Origin: Desulfobulbaceae bacterium
GTDB taxonomy: Bacteria; Desulfobacterota; Desulfobulbia; Desulfobulbales; SURF-16
Reading direction: 5' to 3'
Length of the DNA: 64,000 bases
Assembly: GCA_024637145.1 (NCBI GenBank)
Contig: JAGXFQ010000020.1
Coordinates: forward strand, 17,352 to 81,351
Part shown: positions 29,862 through 39,368 of the stretch, piece after piece
Layout: every line of letters begins with the position of its first letter
Numbering within the stretch: the stretch's first letter is position 1
Made by a program: the position numbers and the translations under genes
The notes under the pieces: model-generated
What the model saw: the letters and a program-made list of their open reading frames with translations, nothing else
Told to the model about the DNA's origin: nothing
Databases searched by the model: none

Positions 29862-30743
29862 ATGAATTGCCCTGACTGCCAAAACCAATTCTCCGATTTT
29901 ATTGATGCCGCCATCTCCCGCAATCAGGCGCGCAGCCTTAAAGAACATCTGGCAGCCTGCTCCGAGTGCGCTGCGGAATGGCAGCTTTTCCAGCAAACAA
30001 TACACACCCTGCACAGCTTTCCGGTCCAGAGGGTGGACGCCGATTTCCTCATTGGCATTAATAAAAAGCTCTCTGCTGAACCCTTTGCCAAACTGAAGGG
30101 CTGGCTTTCATTCATGCGCCTCCACAAACTCACCACCACCACCGCCCTGGCCACCCTGGCGGTGGGTGTGATCAGTGCCGCTGTTCTCCAACTCTCCCCC
30201 GTGGCCACTGACCAGAACCTGGCCCAGAAAAGCAGCGTTGACAAGAACATCGTCCAGGCCAGGGCTGTTGACCAGGAAGAGAGCACCTATTATCCCGGCA
30301 TCCCCTATCTGGCCCAGAATTCCTACCCGGAGCCCGCCCCCCTGCGGCAGACCGGCATCCAATTTACCCCAGTAAAACAGAGCGCCCCAGGCAGCGCTCA
30401 CTATCCCATGCTGGATCCCCGCAGCCCCCCCTCACCGGCCCGCTCTTCGTTTCTGCATCCATCCCTTTCCCAGCTCAAATCTCTTGCCCCTGATCTGGTT
30501 GTCACTGTCCATGCAAGCTCCCCGGCCCAACAACATACCCTGCTGAGTCAACTGACCAGCAACAGCACCTGGCAGACCCAGATCAGCGGCAATGCCCTGC
30601 TTGTCACCCTGCCCTGCAGCCAGATCAGCAGCTTCCAGGATCTCTTCGGCCCGGCCAAACCCCGCATCAATCCCCATCTCCTCGCCCGTCTCGGCAAAAA
30701 TGCCCCTTCAAGGCTTATCACGGTGGCGGTGGCTTTTCAGTAA
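29862..30743 (+). CDS. Anti-sigma factor with N-terminal zf-HC2 zinc finger and one TM segment
   Basis: MNCPDCQNQFSDFIDAAIS...LKEHLAACSECAAEW matches the H-x3-C-x2-C anti-sigma motif. A central TM (LTTTTALATLAVGVISAAVLQL) and position immediately downstream of the ECF sigma gene support the call. Confidence 0.75.
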   Translation: MNCPDCQNQFSDFIDAAISRNQARSLKEHLAACSECAAEWQLFQQTIHTLHSFPVQRVDADFLIGINKKLSAEPFAKLKGWLSFMRLHKLTTTTALATLAVGVISAAVLQLSPVATDQNLAQKSSVDKNIVQARAVDQEESTYYPGIPYLAQNSYPEPAPLRQTGIQFTPVKQSAPGSAHYPMLDPRSPPSPARSSFLHPSLSQLKSLAPDLVVTVHASSPAQQHTLLSQLTSNSTWQTQISGNALLVTLPCSQISSFQDLFGPAKPRINPHLLARLGKNAPSRLITVAVAFQ

Positions 30744-30896
30744 AACGGCATAATGAGGCCCCAGGTTTCCCCTGGCACACGCTCCTCCTTTATTTCTGCC
30801 ATGCCTGTTTGACATTCCTGACGATCCCTATAGACTAAAGAAACAGGGGCACTCTGCAAAAAACCCCTGAAATTATTATTACGCCTGGAAACGAAA

Positions 30897-30924
30897 GAAC
30901 TTTTTCTTTTTTCACCTGTCATAA
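30897..30924 (+). promoter_or_regulatory. Candidate ECF (sigma-E-like) promoter upstream of degP
   Basis: GAACTT (30897-30902), a 16-nt spacer, then TCATAA (30919-30924), about 60 nt upstream of the degP ATG. This resembles the ggAACtt-N16-TCnaA sigma-E consensus. Confidence 0.4.
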
Positions 30925-30984
30925 ACCTGATAAGCAAGGATCATCTTTTCTTCCATAACCCCCTAGCAAAGAGGCCTCAGAGAC

Positions 30985-32454
30985 ATGCGTACTTCCCTAT
31001 CCAACACCCTACCGGCTCCTGGTTTTTCCCCGGCCCTCTTTCTGGCCCTCTTTTTCCTTTTGACGGGCAGCCTGGTCAACCCGGCCCAGGCCGCCAGTCT
31101 GCCAAGCTTTGCCGACTTGGTTGAGACCCATGGCGACACCGTAGTCAACATCTACACCACCCAGACGGTAAAGGCCCCTTCTCTCCACCCTTTTGACTTT
31201 AAGGGCGCCCCAGACGAGCTCCCTGATCTTTTTGAATATTTTTTCGGGCGCCCCCACCCCAATGGCAATGGTCAGCCCAGTCCCCATGGCAACGGCCAAC
31301 CGCGGACCCAAACGCGGACCAGCCTCGGCTCCGGGGTTATCACCTCGGCAGACGGCTATATCCTCACCAACAACCATGTGATTGAAAATGCCGACCTGAT
31401 CCATATCCGTTTTGCCAACCGTAAGGAGTATGATGCCAAGATCATCGGTCGCGACAAGATGACGGATCTGGCTCTCATCAAGATCGAACCTGAAGGCAAG
31501 CTGCCCTTTGTCAAAATGGGCAATTCCGACACCCTGCGCGTCGGTGACTGGGTGGTGGCCATCGGCAATCCCTTTGGCTTTGAACAGACCGTGACAGCCG
31601 GTATTGTCAGCGGCAAGGGCCGGACCTTAGGGGGCGGCGCCTACGACAACTTCATCCAGACCGACGCCTCCATCAATCCCGGCAATTCCGGCGGCCCCTT
31701 GTTTAATCTTGACGGCGAGATGGTGGGCATCAACAGCGCCATCTATTCCCGTTCCGGCGGCAATATCGGCCTTGGCTTTGCCATCCCCATCAATATGGCC
31801 AAAAATGTCATGGCCCAGCTCCGCGAGAGCGGCACCGTAACCAGAGGGTGGCTGGGCGTCCGCATCCAGCCCGTGAACCAGGACATTGCCGACCAGTTTG
31901 GCCTGGAGCGACCCTACGGCGCCCTGGTGGGCCAGGTGGAAGAGGGGAGTCCAGCCGCCAAGGCCGGTATCCAGCAGGGCGATATTATCATCCGCTTTAA
32001 AGATAAAGAGATTGCAGAGATGACCATGCTCCCCACCCTGGTGTCCCAGACACCCGTAGGGGAAAAGGCCGAGGTCACCCTGTTTAGAAAGGGTAAGAAA
32101 AAGAGTATCAACGTCACCATCGGCAAACTCGAAACCGAGACCGCTGCCAGCGCTGAAGCAGAGGTGAAGACCGCCACTCTGGGTATGACGGTTCAGGAGT
32201 TGACTCCGGAACTGGCCGAGTCCCTGCAGATGGAACAGTCCACCGGCGTGCTGGTTACCAGCGTTGAAGGCGGCAGCCCGGCAGCCCTGGCCGGCCTCAG
32301 GCGCGGCGATGTCATCACCGAGATCAACCAGATTGAAGTCACGGACATGGAGACCTTTGCCAAGCTATTGGCCCAGAGCAAGGCCGACCAGAGAATCCTC
32401 CTCCTGGTCCAGCGCGGCGCCAGCAGCCGCTATGTGGTGCTCAAGACTAAATAG
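30985..32454 (+). CDS. degP: Periplasmic serine endoprotease DegP/DegQ/HtrA family (trypsin domain + 2 PDZ)
   Basis: Signal peptide; catalytic triad contexts (TNNHVI, DLALIK, GNSGGPLFN); two PDZ domains (GALVGQVEEGSPAAKAGIQQGDII and GVLVTSVEGGSPAALAGLRRGDVI). Confidence 0.93.
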   Translation: MRTSLSNTLPAPGFSPALFLALFFLLTGSLVNPAQAASLPSFADLVETHGDTVVNIYTTQTVKAPSLHPFDFKGAPDELPDLFEYFFGRPHPNGNGQPSPHGNGQPRTQTRTSLGSGVITSADGYILTNNHVIENADLIHIRFANRKEYDAKIIGRDKMTDLALIKIEPEGKLPFVKMGNSDTLRVGDWVVAIGNPFGFEQTVTAGIVSGKGRTLGGGAYDNFIQTDASINPGNSGGPLFNLDGEMVGINSAIYSRSGGNIGLGFAIPINMAKNVMAQLRESGTVTRGWLGVRIQPVNQDIADQFGLERPYGALVGQVEEGSPAAKAGIQQGDIIIRFKDKEIAEMTMLPTLVSQTPVGEKAEVTLFRKGKKKSINVTIGKLETETAASAEAEVKTATLGMTVQELTPELAESLQMEQSTGVLVTSVEGGSPAALAGLRRGDVITEINQIEVTDMETFAKLLAQSKADQRILLLVQRGASSRYVVLKTK

Positions 32455-32486
32455 AGTCTGCCCGGCAGAAGGTTTGCCAAAAAAAA

Positions 32487-32520
32487 GGCCGCTTCCCAGC
32501 TGGGAAGCGGCCTTTTTTTT
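32487..32520. terminator. Bidirectional rho-independent terminator between degP and trpF
   Basis: An A-run, a perfect hairpin GGCCGCTTCCCA-gc-TGGGAAGCGGCC, then TTTTTTTT, between convergent genes. Confidence 0.8.
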
Positions 32521-32533
32521 GACGATAGAGATT

Positions 32534-33178
32534 TCAGAGGCAACGATTATCGGCCTGGGCCACCTGCTGCAGAAGGGCGGCAATCTTCTCGGGATCTTTG
32601 CGACCGGGACTTACCTCAATACCGGAATTGACATCCACGGCAAAGGGGTGGACCTGATCGATGGCGGCACGCACATTGTCGACATTGAGACCGCCGGCCA
32701 GGATCAGGGGCCTGCGAGTGGGCAAGAGCTTCTCCACCAGGCTCCAGTCAAAGGAGAGACCGGAGCCCCCTGCCATTGCCGGGTGATAGGTATCCAGCAG
32801 AAAAGCGTCAACCACTTCAGCATAAGGCTCAAGCACATCAGGCCCCATACCTGCTCTGGCCTGGAAGGCCTTAATCACCCGGCAGGGCATCATCTGGCAA
32901 TACTCGGGCGGTTCCTGGCCATGGAGCTGCACCACAGTGAGTCCGCAGAAATTAACGATCTCACCCACCACCTCAGGATCTTCGTTCAGGAAGACACCCA
33001 CCGCATCAACAAAGGGCGGCATATCCGCGATGATTTCCCGGGCCCTTTCATGATCTATGGCCCGAGAGCTCTGCGGCACAAAAATAAATCCCAAGGCATC
33101 AACCCCGGCGGCAACTGCCTTTTCAACCTCAAAAAGGTCTGTCATGCCACAGATCTTAACCCGCGTTCGACCGGCCAT
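32534..33178 (-). CDS. trpF: Phosphoribosylanthranilate isomerase
   Basis: TrpF pattern (RVKICGMT, DALGFIF, SSRAI, VVQLHG, ILAGGLN). It is the last gene of the trp string. Confidence 0.9.
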   Translation of the reverse strand: MAGRTRVKICGMTDLFEVEKAVAAGVDALGFIFVPQSSRAIDHERAREIIADMPPFVDAVGVFLNEDPEVVGEIVNFCGLTVVQLHGQEPPEYCQMMPCRVIKAFQARAGMGPDVLEPYAEVVDAFLLDTYHPAMAGGSGLSFDWSLVEKLLPTRRPLILAGGLNVDNVRAAIDQVHPFAVDVNSGIEVSPGRKDPEKIAALLQQVAQADNRCL

Positions 33179-33288
33179 TGGCCCTCCTCCTTAATTAAGT
33201 AATCTCATGCCTGCGCAAGACGCCCGGCCAAGGCAGCACCCGGGATAATGGGCCAGCCACTACTTGCTGCCGCCCTTTTATCCCCACT

Positions 33289-34053
33289 TCAGCTTCGCCC
33301 CATCAAGTCGCGCAGAAAAACATCCCGGCCACCGGCGCGCATCAGGGACTCTCCCACCAGCACCGCGCAGATATCATGCTCAGCAAGTCGTCTGATATCA
33401 TCACCATCCCGGATGCCCGATTCACTCACCACCGGAATGTGGGCGGGAATCTCTTTTTTGAGACGCAGGGTGGTGTCCAGATCGACACTGAAGTCATTGA
33501 GGTTGCGGTTATTGATGCCGATCAAGGGGCTGTTGATGGCCAGGGCCCGCTCCAGCTCCCTCTCGTTATGGACCTCCACCAGCACGTCCATGCCCAGCTC
33601 CCGGGCCAGAGCCAGAAACTCCGCCATCTGGCTCTGGCTCAGGATGGCGGCAATGAGGAGAATGGCATCGGCACCGTGGGCCCGGGCCTCTTGGATCTGC
33701 ACCTGGTCAATGGTGAAATCCTTGCGCAGCACCGGCAGCCCCACGGCCTTACGCACCTGGGAGAGATAATCAAGATGACCCTGAAAAAAATTTTCATCCG
33801 TGAGTACCGATAAACACTGGGCCCCGCCGGCCTCATAGCGCCTGGCGATCTCCACTGGCCGGAAATCCTCGCAGATAACGCCCTTGGAGGGCGAGGCCTT
33901 CTTGGCTTCAGCGATGAGGGCGAGGCCGGCATAGGAGGTGAGGGCTTGCTGGAAACCCCGGGGCGGGTCCACCTCACCCGGGGGCCTGAGGCCACGCTTC
34001 TTCAGGGCCGCTACCTCACGTTTTTTCTGTGCAACAATGGTATCAAGAATCAT
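33289..34053 (-). CDS. trpC: Indole-3-glycerol-phosphate synthase
   Basis: MILDTIVAQKKREV...LIAEAKKASPSKGVI...LSVLTDENFFQG...LRKDFTIDQVQI...GINNRNL...SESGI. ATG 34053 overlaps the trpD 3' end. Confidence 0.92.
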   Translation of the reverse strand: MILDTIVAQKKREVAALKKRGLRPPGEVDPPRGFQQALTSYAGLALIAEAKKASPSKGVICEDFRPVEIARRYEAGGAQCLSVLTDENFFQGHLDYLSQVRKAVGLPVLRKDFTIDQVQIQEARAHGADAILLIAAILSQSQMAEFLALARELGMDVLVEVHNERELERALAINSPLIGINNRNLNDFSVDLDTTLRLKKEIPAHIPVVSESGIRDGDDIRRLAEHDICAVLVGESLMRAGGRDVFLRDLMGRS

Positions 34054-35083
34054 GCTCTGCCGCTCCCTTGGCGGAGAACGCCACCAGACTGTGCATCTTG
34101 GCAAGGGCGGCGCCGGAGACCACACTCTGACGGGCAAGTGCCACCCCGCCCTTCAGGTCAGCGGCCCGGCCGGCGGCCATGAGGGCCGCCCCGGCATTAA
34201 GGAGCACCGTGTCAAGACAGGGGCCGGGCTTGCCCTCCAGAATCTCCCGGAGTTGGATGGCGGAAAGGGCAGCAGTGGCGCCCCCCTTGATATCCTGGAG
34301 CGTGGCCCTGGTCAGCCCGACATCTTCCGGGCTGATGGTATAGGTGGAGACCTTGCCGTCCTGATAATCCGCCACCAGGGTGGAACCGCTGATGGTGATC
34401 TCATCTATATTGCCTGCGCCGCACACCACCAGGGCCCGTTTGACCCCGAAACGCCCCAGGACATGGGCCATAGTCTCCACCAGATCCGGGGTGAAGACGC
34501 CCAGCAGATAGACATTGGCCCTGGCCGGATTGGTGAGGGGACCCAGGATATTAAAGATAGTGCGGATGCCGATCTCCCGGCGGGGACCAATGGCGTATTT
34601 CATGGCGCCATGGAGCACAGGGGCGAACATGAAGCCGATGCCCACCTGGCGCACGGCAGCGCCGATGTCGGCCGCGTCCATGGCCAGATCAACGCCCAGG
34701 GCCTCCAGAACATCGGCGCTGCCGCAATGACTGGAGACGGAGCGGTTACCATGCTTGGCCACCGCCACCCCGGCCCCGGCCACCACAAAAGAAGCGGTGG
34801 TGGAGACATTAAAGGTGCCTGAGCAATCACCACCGGTACCGACGATATCCACCAGCACCTGGTCTTTGTCGCCGGCATCCACAAATGTGGCCTTTTCCCG
34901 CATGACCCGGGCGGCGCCGGTAATCTCATCAACGGTCTCCCCTTTGAGACGCAACCCGGTGATAAAGGCGCCGATCTGCGCATCAGTGGCATTGCCACTC
35001 ATGATCTCATCCATCACCTCCACCATCTCCGCCTCAGACAGATCCGCCCCGCTGACAATCTTGCCAATGGCTTCCTTTATCAT
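34043..35083 (-). CDS. trpD: Anthranilate phosphoribosyltransferase
   Basis: DIVGTGGDCSGTFNVST, KHGNRSVSS, NILGPLTNP. ATG 35083 has an SD AAGGTGAAGAG. The longer ORF-track N-terminus overlaps trpG and is non-homologous. Confidence 0.93.
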   Translation of the reverse strand: MIKEAIGKIVSGADLSEAEMVEVMDEIMSGNATDAQIGAFITGLRLKGETVDEITGAARVMREKATFVDAGDKDQVLVDIVGTGGDCSGTFNVSTTASFVVAGAGVAVAKHGNRSVSSHCGSADVLEALGVDLAMDAADIGAAVRQVGIGFMFAPVLHGAMKYAIGPRREIGIRTIFNILGPLTNPARANVYLLGVFTPDLVETMAHVLGRFGVKRALVVCGAGNIDEITISGSTLVADYQDGKVSTYTISPEDVGLTRATLQDIKGGATAALSAIQLREILEGKPGPCLDTVLLNAGAALMAAGRAADLKGGVALARQSVVSGAALAKMHSLVAFSAKGAAEHDS

Positions 35084-35154
35084 CTCTTCACCTTGTACGC
35101 TTTCTTGGTGCGTCCCTTTCCGACCTACCCAAAGGAACCTTCTGATTTGCTTAG

Positions 35155-35739
35155 TTACCGAACCATCTGCGGATAGTGGGCACTGACAAAATTCTTCAGC
35201 AACAGGACGCCGTCCGGGGTCATGATCGACTCGGGATGGAACTGCACCCCTTCCACCAGCAATTCTTTGTGCCGCAGGCCCATGAGCTCGCCCTGGTCGG
35301 TGCGGGCCGTGATCTCCAGACAAGCAGGCAGGTCATCCTCGGCCACCACCAGGGAATGGTAGCGCATGGCGGCAAAGGGCGACGGCAGCGAGGTGAAGAC
35401 CCCCTTGCCGTCATGGCTCACCGGACTGGTCTTGCCATGCATGACCCGCCCGGCCCGAATAACCCGACCGCCAAAGGCCTCGCCAATGGCCTGATGGCCC
35501 AGACAGACCCCCAGCAGGGGGATCTTGCCGGCAAAATAACGGATGGCCTCCACCGAAATGCCGGCCTGCCCCGGGGAACAGGGCCCCGGCGAAATCAGCA
35601 ACCGGTCCGGCCGCAGTCCCTCAATAAAGGAGATATCCACCTGGTCATTGCGAAAGACCTTGATCTCCTCGCCAAAGGAACCAATGGTCTGGACAATATT
35701 ATAGGTAAATGAATCGTAGTTATCGATGATGACAATCAT
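35155..35739 (-). CDS. trpG: Anthranilate synthase component II (glutamine amidotransferase)
   Basis: Class-I GATase triad contexts LLGVCLGHQAIG (Cys) and VQFHPES (His/Glu). Confidence 0.93.
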   Translation of the reverse strand: MIVIIDNYDSFTYNIVQTIGSFGEEIKVFRNDQVDISFIEGLRPDRLLISPGPCSPGQAGISVEAIRYFAGKIPLLGVCLGHQAIGEAFGGRVIRAGRVMHGKTSPVSHDGKGVFTSLPSPFAAMRYHSLVVAEDDLPACLEITARTDQGELMGLRHKELLVEGVQFHPESIMTPDGVLLLKNFVSAHYPQMVR

Positions 35740-35847
35740 GCTTGTCTTGCTCCTGCTTAACCAAGAAAAAGGGCGGCCTCAAAAAGGGGGGGGGAAAGAT
35801 CCAGCGGCGACCTATGGGTTCCGGCCCGCCTCGGGCTTTACCAAAAG

Positions 35848-37332
35848 TCATATGCCCTTTTCGGCCAATTCCACGGCCCGGCGCACTCCCCGTAATTTAT
35901 TCAAGGTTTCCTGATATTCCATCTCCGGATCAGAGTCCGCCACCACACCGGCACCGGCCTGGACCCACAGATCCTTGCCATGCATGATAAAGGTGCGGAT
36001 GGTGATACTGAAATCCATATTGCCGGAAAACCCAAAATAACCCACTGCCCCGGCGTAGGGGCCGCGCCGCTCAGGTTCCAGCTCCTCAATAATCTCCATG
36101 GCCCGCACCTTGGGGGCGCCGCTCACCGTGCCGGCCGGGAAACAGGCCCGCAGCACATCAAACTGATCATACCCTTCAGCGAGCTCGCCCCGGACACCGG
36201 AGACGATATGCATGACATGGCTGTAGCGCTCAACAACCATCAATTCATAGGTTTCAATTGTCCCGTACCTGGCCACCCGCCCCAGATCATTACGCCCCAG
36301 ATCCACCAGCATGAGATGCTCGGCACACTCCTTGGGGTCAGCCAGCAGTTCCTGCTCCAGGGCCAGATCCTCCTGGCGGTTCTTGCCCCGCGGTCTGGTG
36401 CCGGCAATGGGTCGCACCTCAACCTTCTTCTCCTCAAGGCGGACCAGAATTTCCGGGGAAGAGCCGATCTGGATAACATCCCCCATCCTGACATAAAAAA
36501 GATAGGGACTGGGATTCACATGGCGCAAGGCCCGGTAGAGAAGAAAAGGCGGGATAGCCGTCTTGGTATGGAAACGCTGGGAAAGCACGACCTGGATGAT
36601 GTCCCCGGCCATGATATATTCCTTGGCCTTGGCCACCATCTGCCGGAAGGCCTCCGGCTCCATATTGGCAGTAAATTCATGGGAGGCAAAGGGACCATCG
36701 CCCTCCACCACGTCATGGGGCAGCGGAGAGGATTTGAGGCTGGCAATCACGGTATCAATATCAGCAAGGGCCTGCTGATAGACGCGGTCAAGATCGGCAT
36801 TCTCCGCCACCCTGACGCAGTTGACCACGCTCAAGGTCTGCTTGAGATTGTCAAAGATAAGGATAAACCTGGGCACCATGAAGGAGCTTTCCGGCAGATC
36901 GGCCAGGGGCGGATTTTTCTCGGGCAGACGCTCCATGAAGCGCACCATTTCATAGCCGAGATACCCCACAGCCCCCCCAAAAAAGCGGGGCAGGAAATCA
37001 GTGTCGGTACAGGCCTTAAAAGATGCCAGCAGCTTTTTGAGCTCCGCCAGGGGGTCGCCGCTCAAGGCAGTAAGGTCATCACCCCGGCGCACCTTGATCT
37101 GGCTGCCCCGGCTCTCAAAGGTCAGCAGCGGGTCATAGCCCACAAAGGAATAGCGGCCCCAGGTTTCCCCCCCCTCCAGACTCTCCAGTAAAAAGGCGTG
37201 GGACTCGTTGCCGGCCAGCTTGGCAAAGACCGTCAGCGGCGTATCAAGATCAGCGACAATTTCCCGGCAGACCGGGATGAGTCCCGCTTCCAGGGCCAAT
37301 TGCCTGAAATCTTCCAATCCTGGCTTATACAT
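35848..37332 (-). CDS. trpE: Anthranilate synthase component I
   Basis: Chorismate-binding domain motifs (LLESLEGGE, IAGTRPRG, CFPAGTVSGAPKVRAMEIIEELE, GPYAGAVGYF). Confidence 0.95.
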   Translation of the reverse strand: MYKPGLEDFRQLALEAGLIPVCREIVADLDTPLTVFAKLAGNESHAFLLESLEGGETWGRYSFVGYDPLLTFESRGSQIKVRRGDDLTALSGDPLAELKKLLASFKACTDTDFLPRFFGGAVGYLGYEMVRFMERLPEKNPPLADLPESSFMVPRFILIFDNLKQTLSVVNCVRVAENADLDRVYQQALADIDTVIASLKSSPLPHDVVEGDGPFASHEFTANMEPEAFRQMVAKAKEYIMAGDIIQVVLSQRFHTKTAIPPFLLYRALRHVNPSPYLFYVRMGDVIQIGSSPEILVRLEEKKVEVRPIAGTRPRGKNRQEDLALEQELLADPKECAEHLMLVDLGRNDLGRVARYGTIETYELMVVERYSHVMHIVSGVRGELAEGYDQFDVLRACFPAGTVSGAPKVRAMEIIEELEPERRGPYAGAVGYFGFSGNMDFSITIRTFIMHGKDLWVQAGAGVVADSDPEMEYQETLNKLRGVRRAVELAEKGI

Positions 37333-37522
37333 TTTTTTGGTATCCTCTTGCTACGTAAGGCCTGGCCCAGAGCGGGTCACATCTGCGGCAGCGTCGCCAA
37401 GCCCGGGCCTGCAAAGATGTCGAGACACATCAACCCCGGCACCCCTGCCACGGCTGCGCGTCGGCATTTTTTTTGACTTTTGCCGGGCCAACAGACTCAG
37501 AACCCGGAGAAGAAGCGTCACA

Positions 37523-37570
37523 CAAAAAAAAGCCACAGAGCCGCAATGACGGTTCCGTGGCTTTTTTTTT
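37523..37570 (-). terminator. Rho-independent terminator downstream of rpsT (symmetrical A/T runs)
   Basis: Hairpin AGCCAC...GTGGCT (37531-37561) is flanked by an A-run (37523-37530) and a T-run (37562-37570). Read on the minus strand it is a hairpin followed by U8. Confidence 0.7.
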
Positions 37571-37757
37571 ACAGAAGAGGGGCTGCACTCCTGGTTCCCG
37601 GGGAAATGGATCTCCGGGGCAATAAGGGCACAAAGATCAACGACCTTGTCGCTATGTGGTCACCACCTGTCTTGCCCTGAAGTTCCATGATTGCCATGCC
37701 GCGGCGACAGGCGCCGCTCAAACCCCGTCTCTACAATTTCCTGCTGGGACTAAACAA

Positions 37758-38033
37758 TTAGGCTGCGCTGGCGACAAAGATATTAACCCGTTTGGTGAGG
37801 CGAGATACCTTACGCGAGGCATTTTCTTTCTTCAAGGTCCCCTTGGAGGCCGCCTTCATGATAACCGGAACCGCCTCTTTTAAGGCCACCTGGGCATTAT
37901 CCACTGAATTTTCGGCAATGGCGGTATCAATGCGCTTGATAAAGGTCTTCATCTTGGTACGGATGGCACGGTTACGGGCCCGGCGAACTGCATTCTGCTT
38001 GGTTCTCTTGATTGCTGATTTGTGATTAGCCAC
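37758..38033 (-). CDS. rpsT: 30S ribosomal protein S20
   Basis: MANHKSAIKRTKQNAVRRARNRAIRTKMKTFIKRI is a canonical S20 N-terminus. Confidence 0.95.
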   Translation of the reverse strand: MANHKSAIKRTKQNAVRRARNRAIRTKMKTFIKRIDTAIAENSVDNAQVALKEAVPVIMKAASKGTLKKENASRKVSRLTKRVNIFVASAA

Positions 38034-38558
38034 TATTTTTCCTCGTTGTCAAAAACGTCTGTTGAAGAACCCTGCAAAAAAAGACCTCCCCTCTTTCGAG
38101 TTTAATGGGGATGGGCGATGCCTCCGGACAAGATCCAGGCTTTTTTACAGAGTCGTTATTTTTAATATGTATCCCTATCTGGCAGCCCCCTGAAAACAGG
38201 AATAGTCGTCAGCGGAGACGCACCAAACACGTACATATAAATAAATTTTATCAGGGTGTCAAGATTGTCGACGGGCCAAAAAAAAACCGCCGCCGTAAAT
38301 ATCACGTAACATATTGTTTTTACATAAAAACAACTACAAAACCTTTTCCACGGCCCACCAGAAAACGAAAACCAGAGAGCAACCCTGGCCCCCATGGACC
38401 CCGCCAGCTCCGGCAGAACGGCTTGCCCCTGGAAAACTTTCTCCATTTTTCTCATGGATAAACCTCTTTAATCTCGCAAAGTTGCCATATCTTTTATAGT
38501 ATAAAAAAATATGATCTTCTTGAGCCGAGAGACACAACCCCTGACTTCTTTTTCCTAA

Positions 38559-39368
38559 ATGACAGAAAGCCTCTACCATTTTTTCCAATCATATCGAATT
38601 CTTTTTGATCTGGCAGACATCTTTATTGTCTCCTTTATCATCTACCGGGTCATCCTGCTGATCAGGGGCACCCGTGCCGTGCAGATGGTGGCCGGGATCT
38701 TTGTTCTGGTCATTGTCTATTTTGTGGCCCGCGAACTCCAGCTCCTCACCCTCTACTGGCTGCTGGGTCGTTTCTTGAGCTCCATCCTGCTGATCATCAT
38801 CATTATCTTTCAACGTGACATCCGTCGTGCCCTCACCCAGATGGGCCAGACCCCTTTTTCCACCAGTCCGGGCGAAGATGAAAGCCAGTCCCTGGACGAG
38901 GTCATTGGCGCTGGCGACTATTTATCCAAGCGCAGGATCGGTGCCCTCATGGTTATTGAACGGGAAACCGGTCTCCGCGACTATATGGAATCAGCAGTGA
39001 TCCTGGATGCCAAGCTGAGCAAAGAGCTCCTTATCAGTCTCTTTCTGCCCGCCTCCCCCCTCCATGACGGCGGGGTCATGGTCCGCAAGGGCCGGATATT
39101 AAATGCCCGCTGCGTGCTGCCGCTTACCAAGAACCCTTACATCAGCCGCTCCCTGGGCACCCGCCACCGGGCTGCCATTGGTCTTTCCGAGGAAACAGAC
39201 GCCGTGGTCATTGTTGTCTCCGAGGAAACCGGAGCCATCTCCCTGGTCATGCATGGCGGCATTACCAGTGACCTTGACATTACCTCCCTGCGCAACCGCC
39301 TGGAAGCAATCTTTGTCCCCAAGGAATTCCAGAGGAATATATGGAAAAACTGGTTAAACAGAGCCTGA
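38559..39368 (+). CDS. cdaA: Membrane-bound diadenylate cyclase CdaA
   Basis: Three N-terminal TM helices plus a DAC domain (RRIGALMVIERETGL, PLHDGGVMV, GTRHRAAIGLSEETDAVVIVVSEETG). Confidence 0.9.
   Translation: MTESLYHFFQSYRILFDLADIFIVSFIIYRVILLIRGTRAVQMVAGIFVLVIVYFVARELQLLTLYWLLGRFLSSILLIIIIIFQRDIRRALTQMGQTPFSTSPGEDESQSLDEVIGAGDYLSKRRIGALMVIERETGLRDYMESAVILDAKLSKELLISLFLPASPLHDGGVMVRKGRILNARCVLPLTKNPYISRSLGTRHRAAIGLSEETDAVVIVVSEETGAISLVMHGGITSDLDITSLRNRLEAIFVPKEFQRNIWKNWLNRA

Noticed and set aside
30781-30800. Sigma-54 promoter candidates. TGGCAC occurs at about 30785; I also examined 11244 and 56384.
   Set aside because: None has TTGC at the required 5-nt spacing after the GG element.
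37333-37560. Search for a trp leader peptide or attenuator upstream of trpE, including ORF 37351-37536.
   Set aside because: The only ORF there contains no Trp codons. I could not identify alternative terminator/antiterminator pairings. The strong hairpin at 37531-37561 is better explained as the rpsT terminator.
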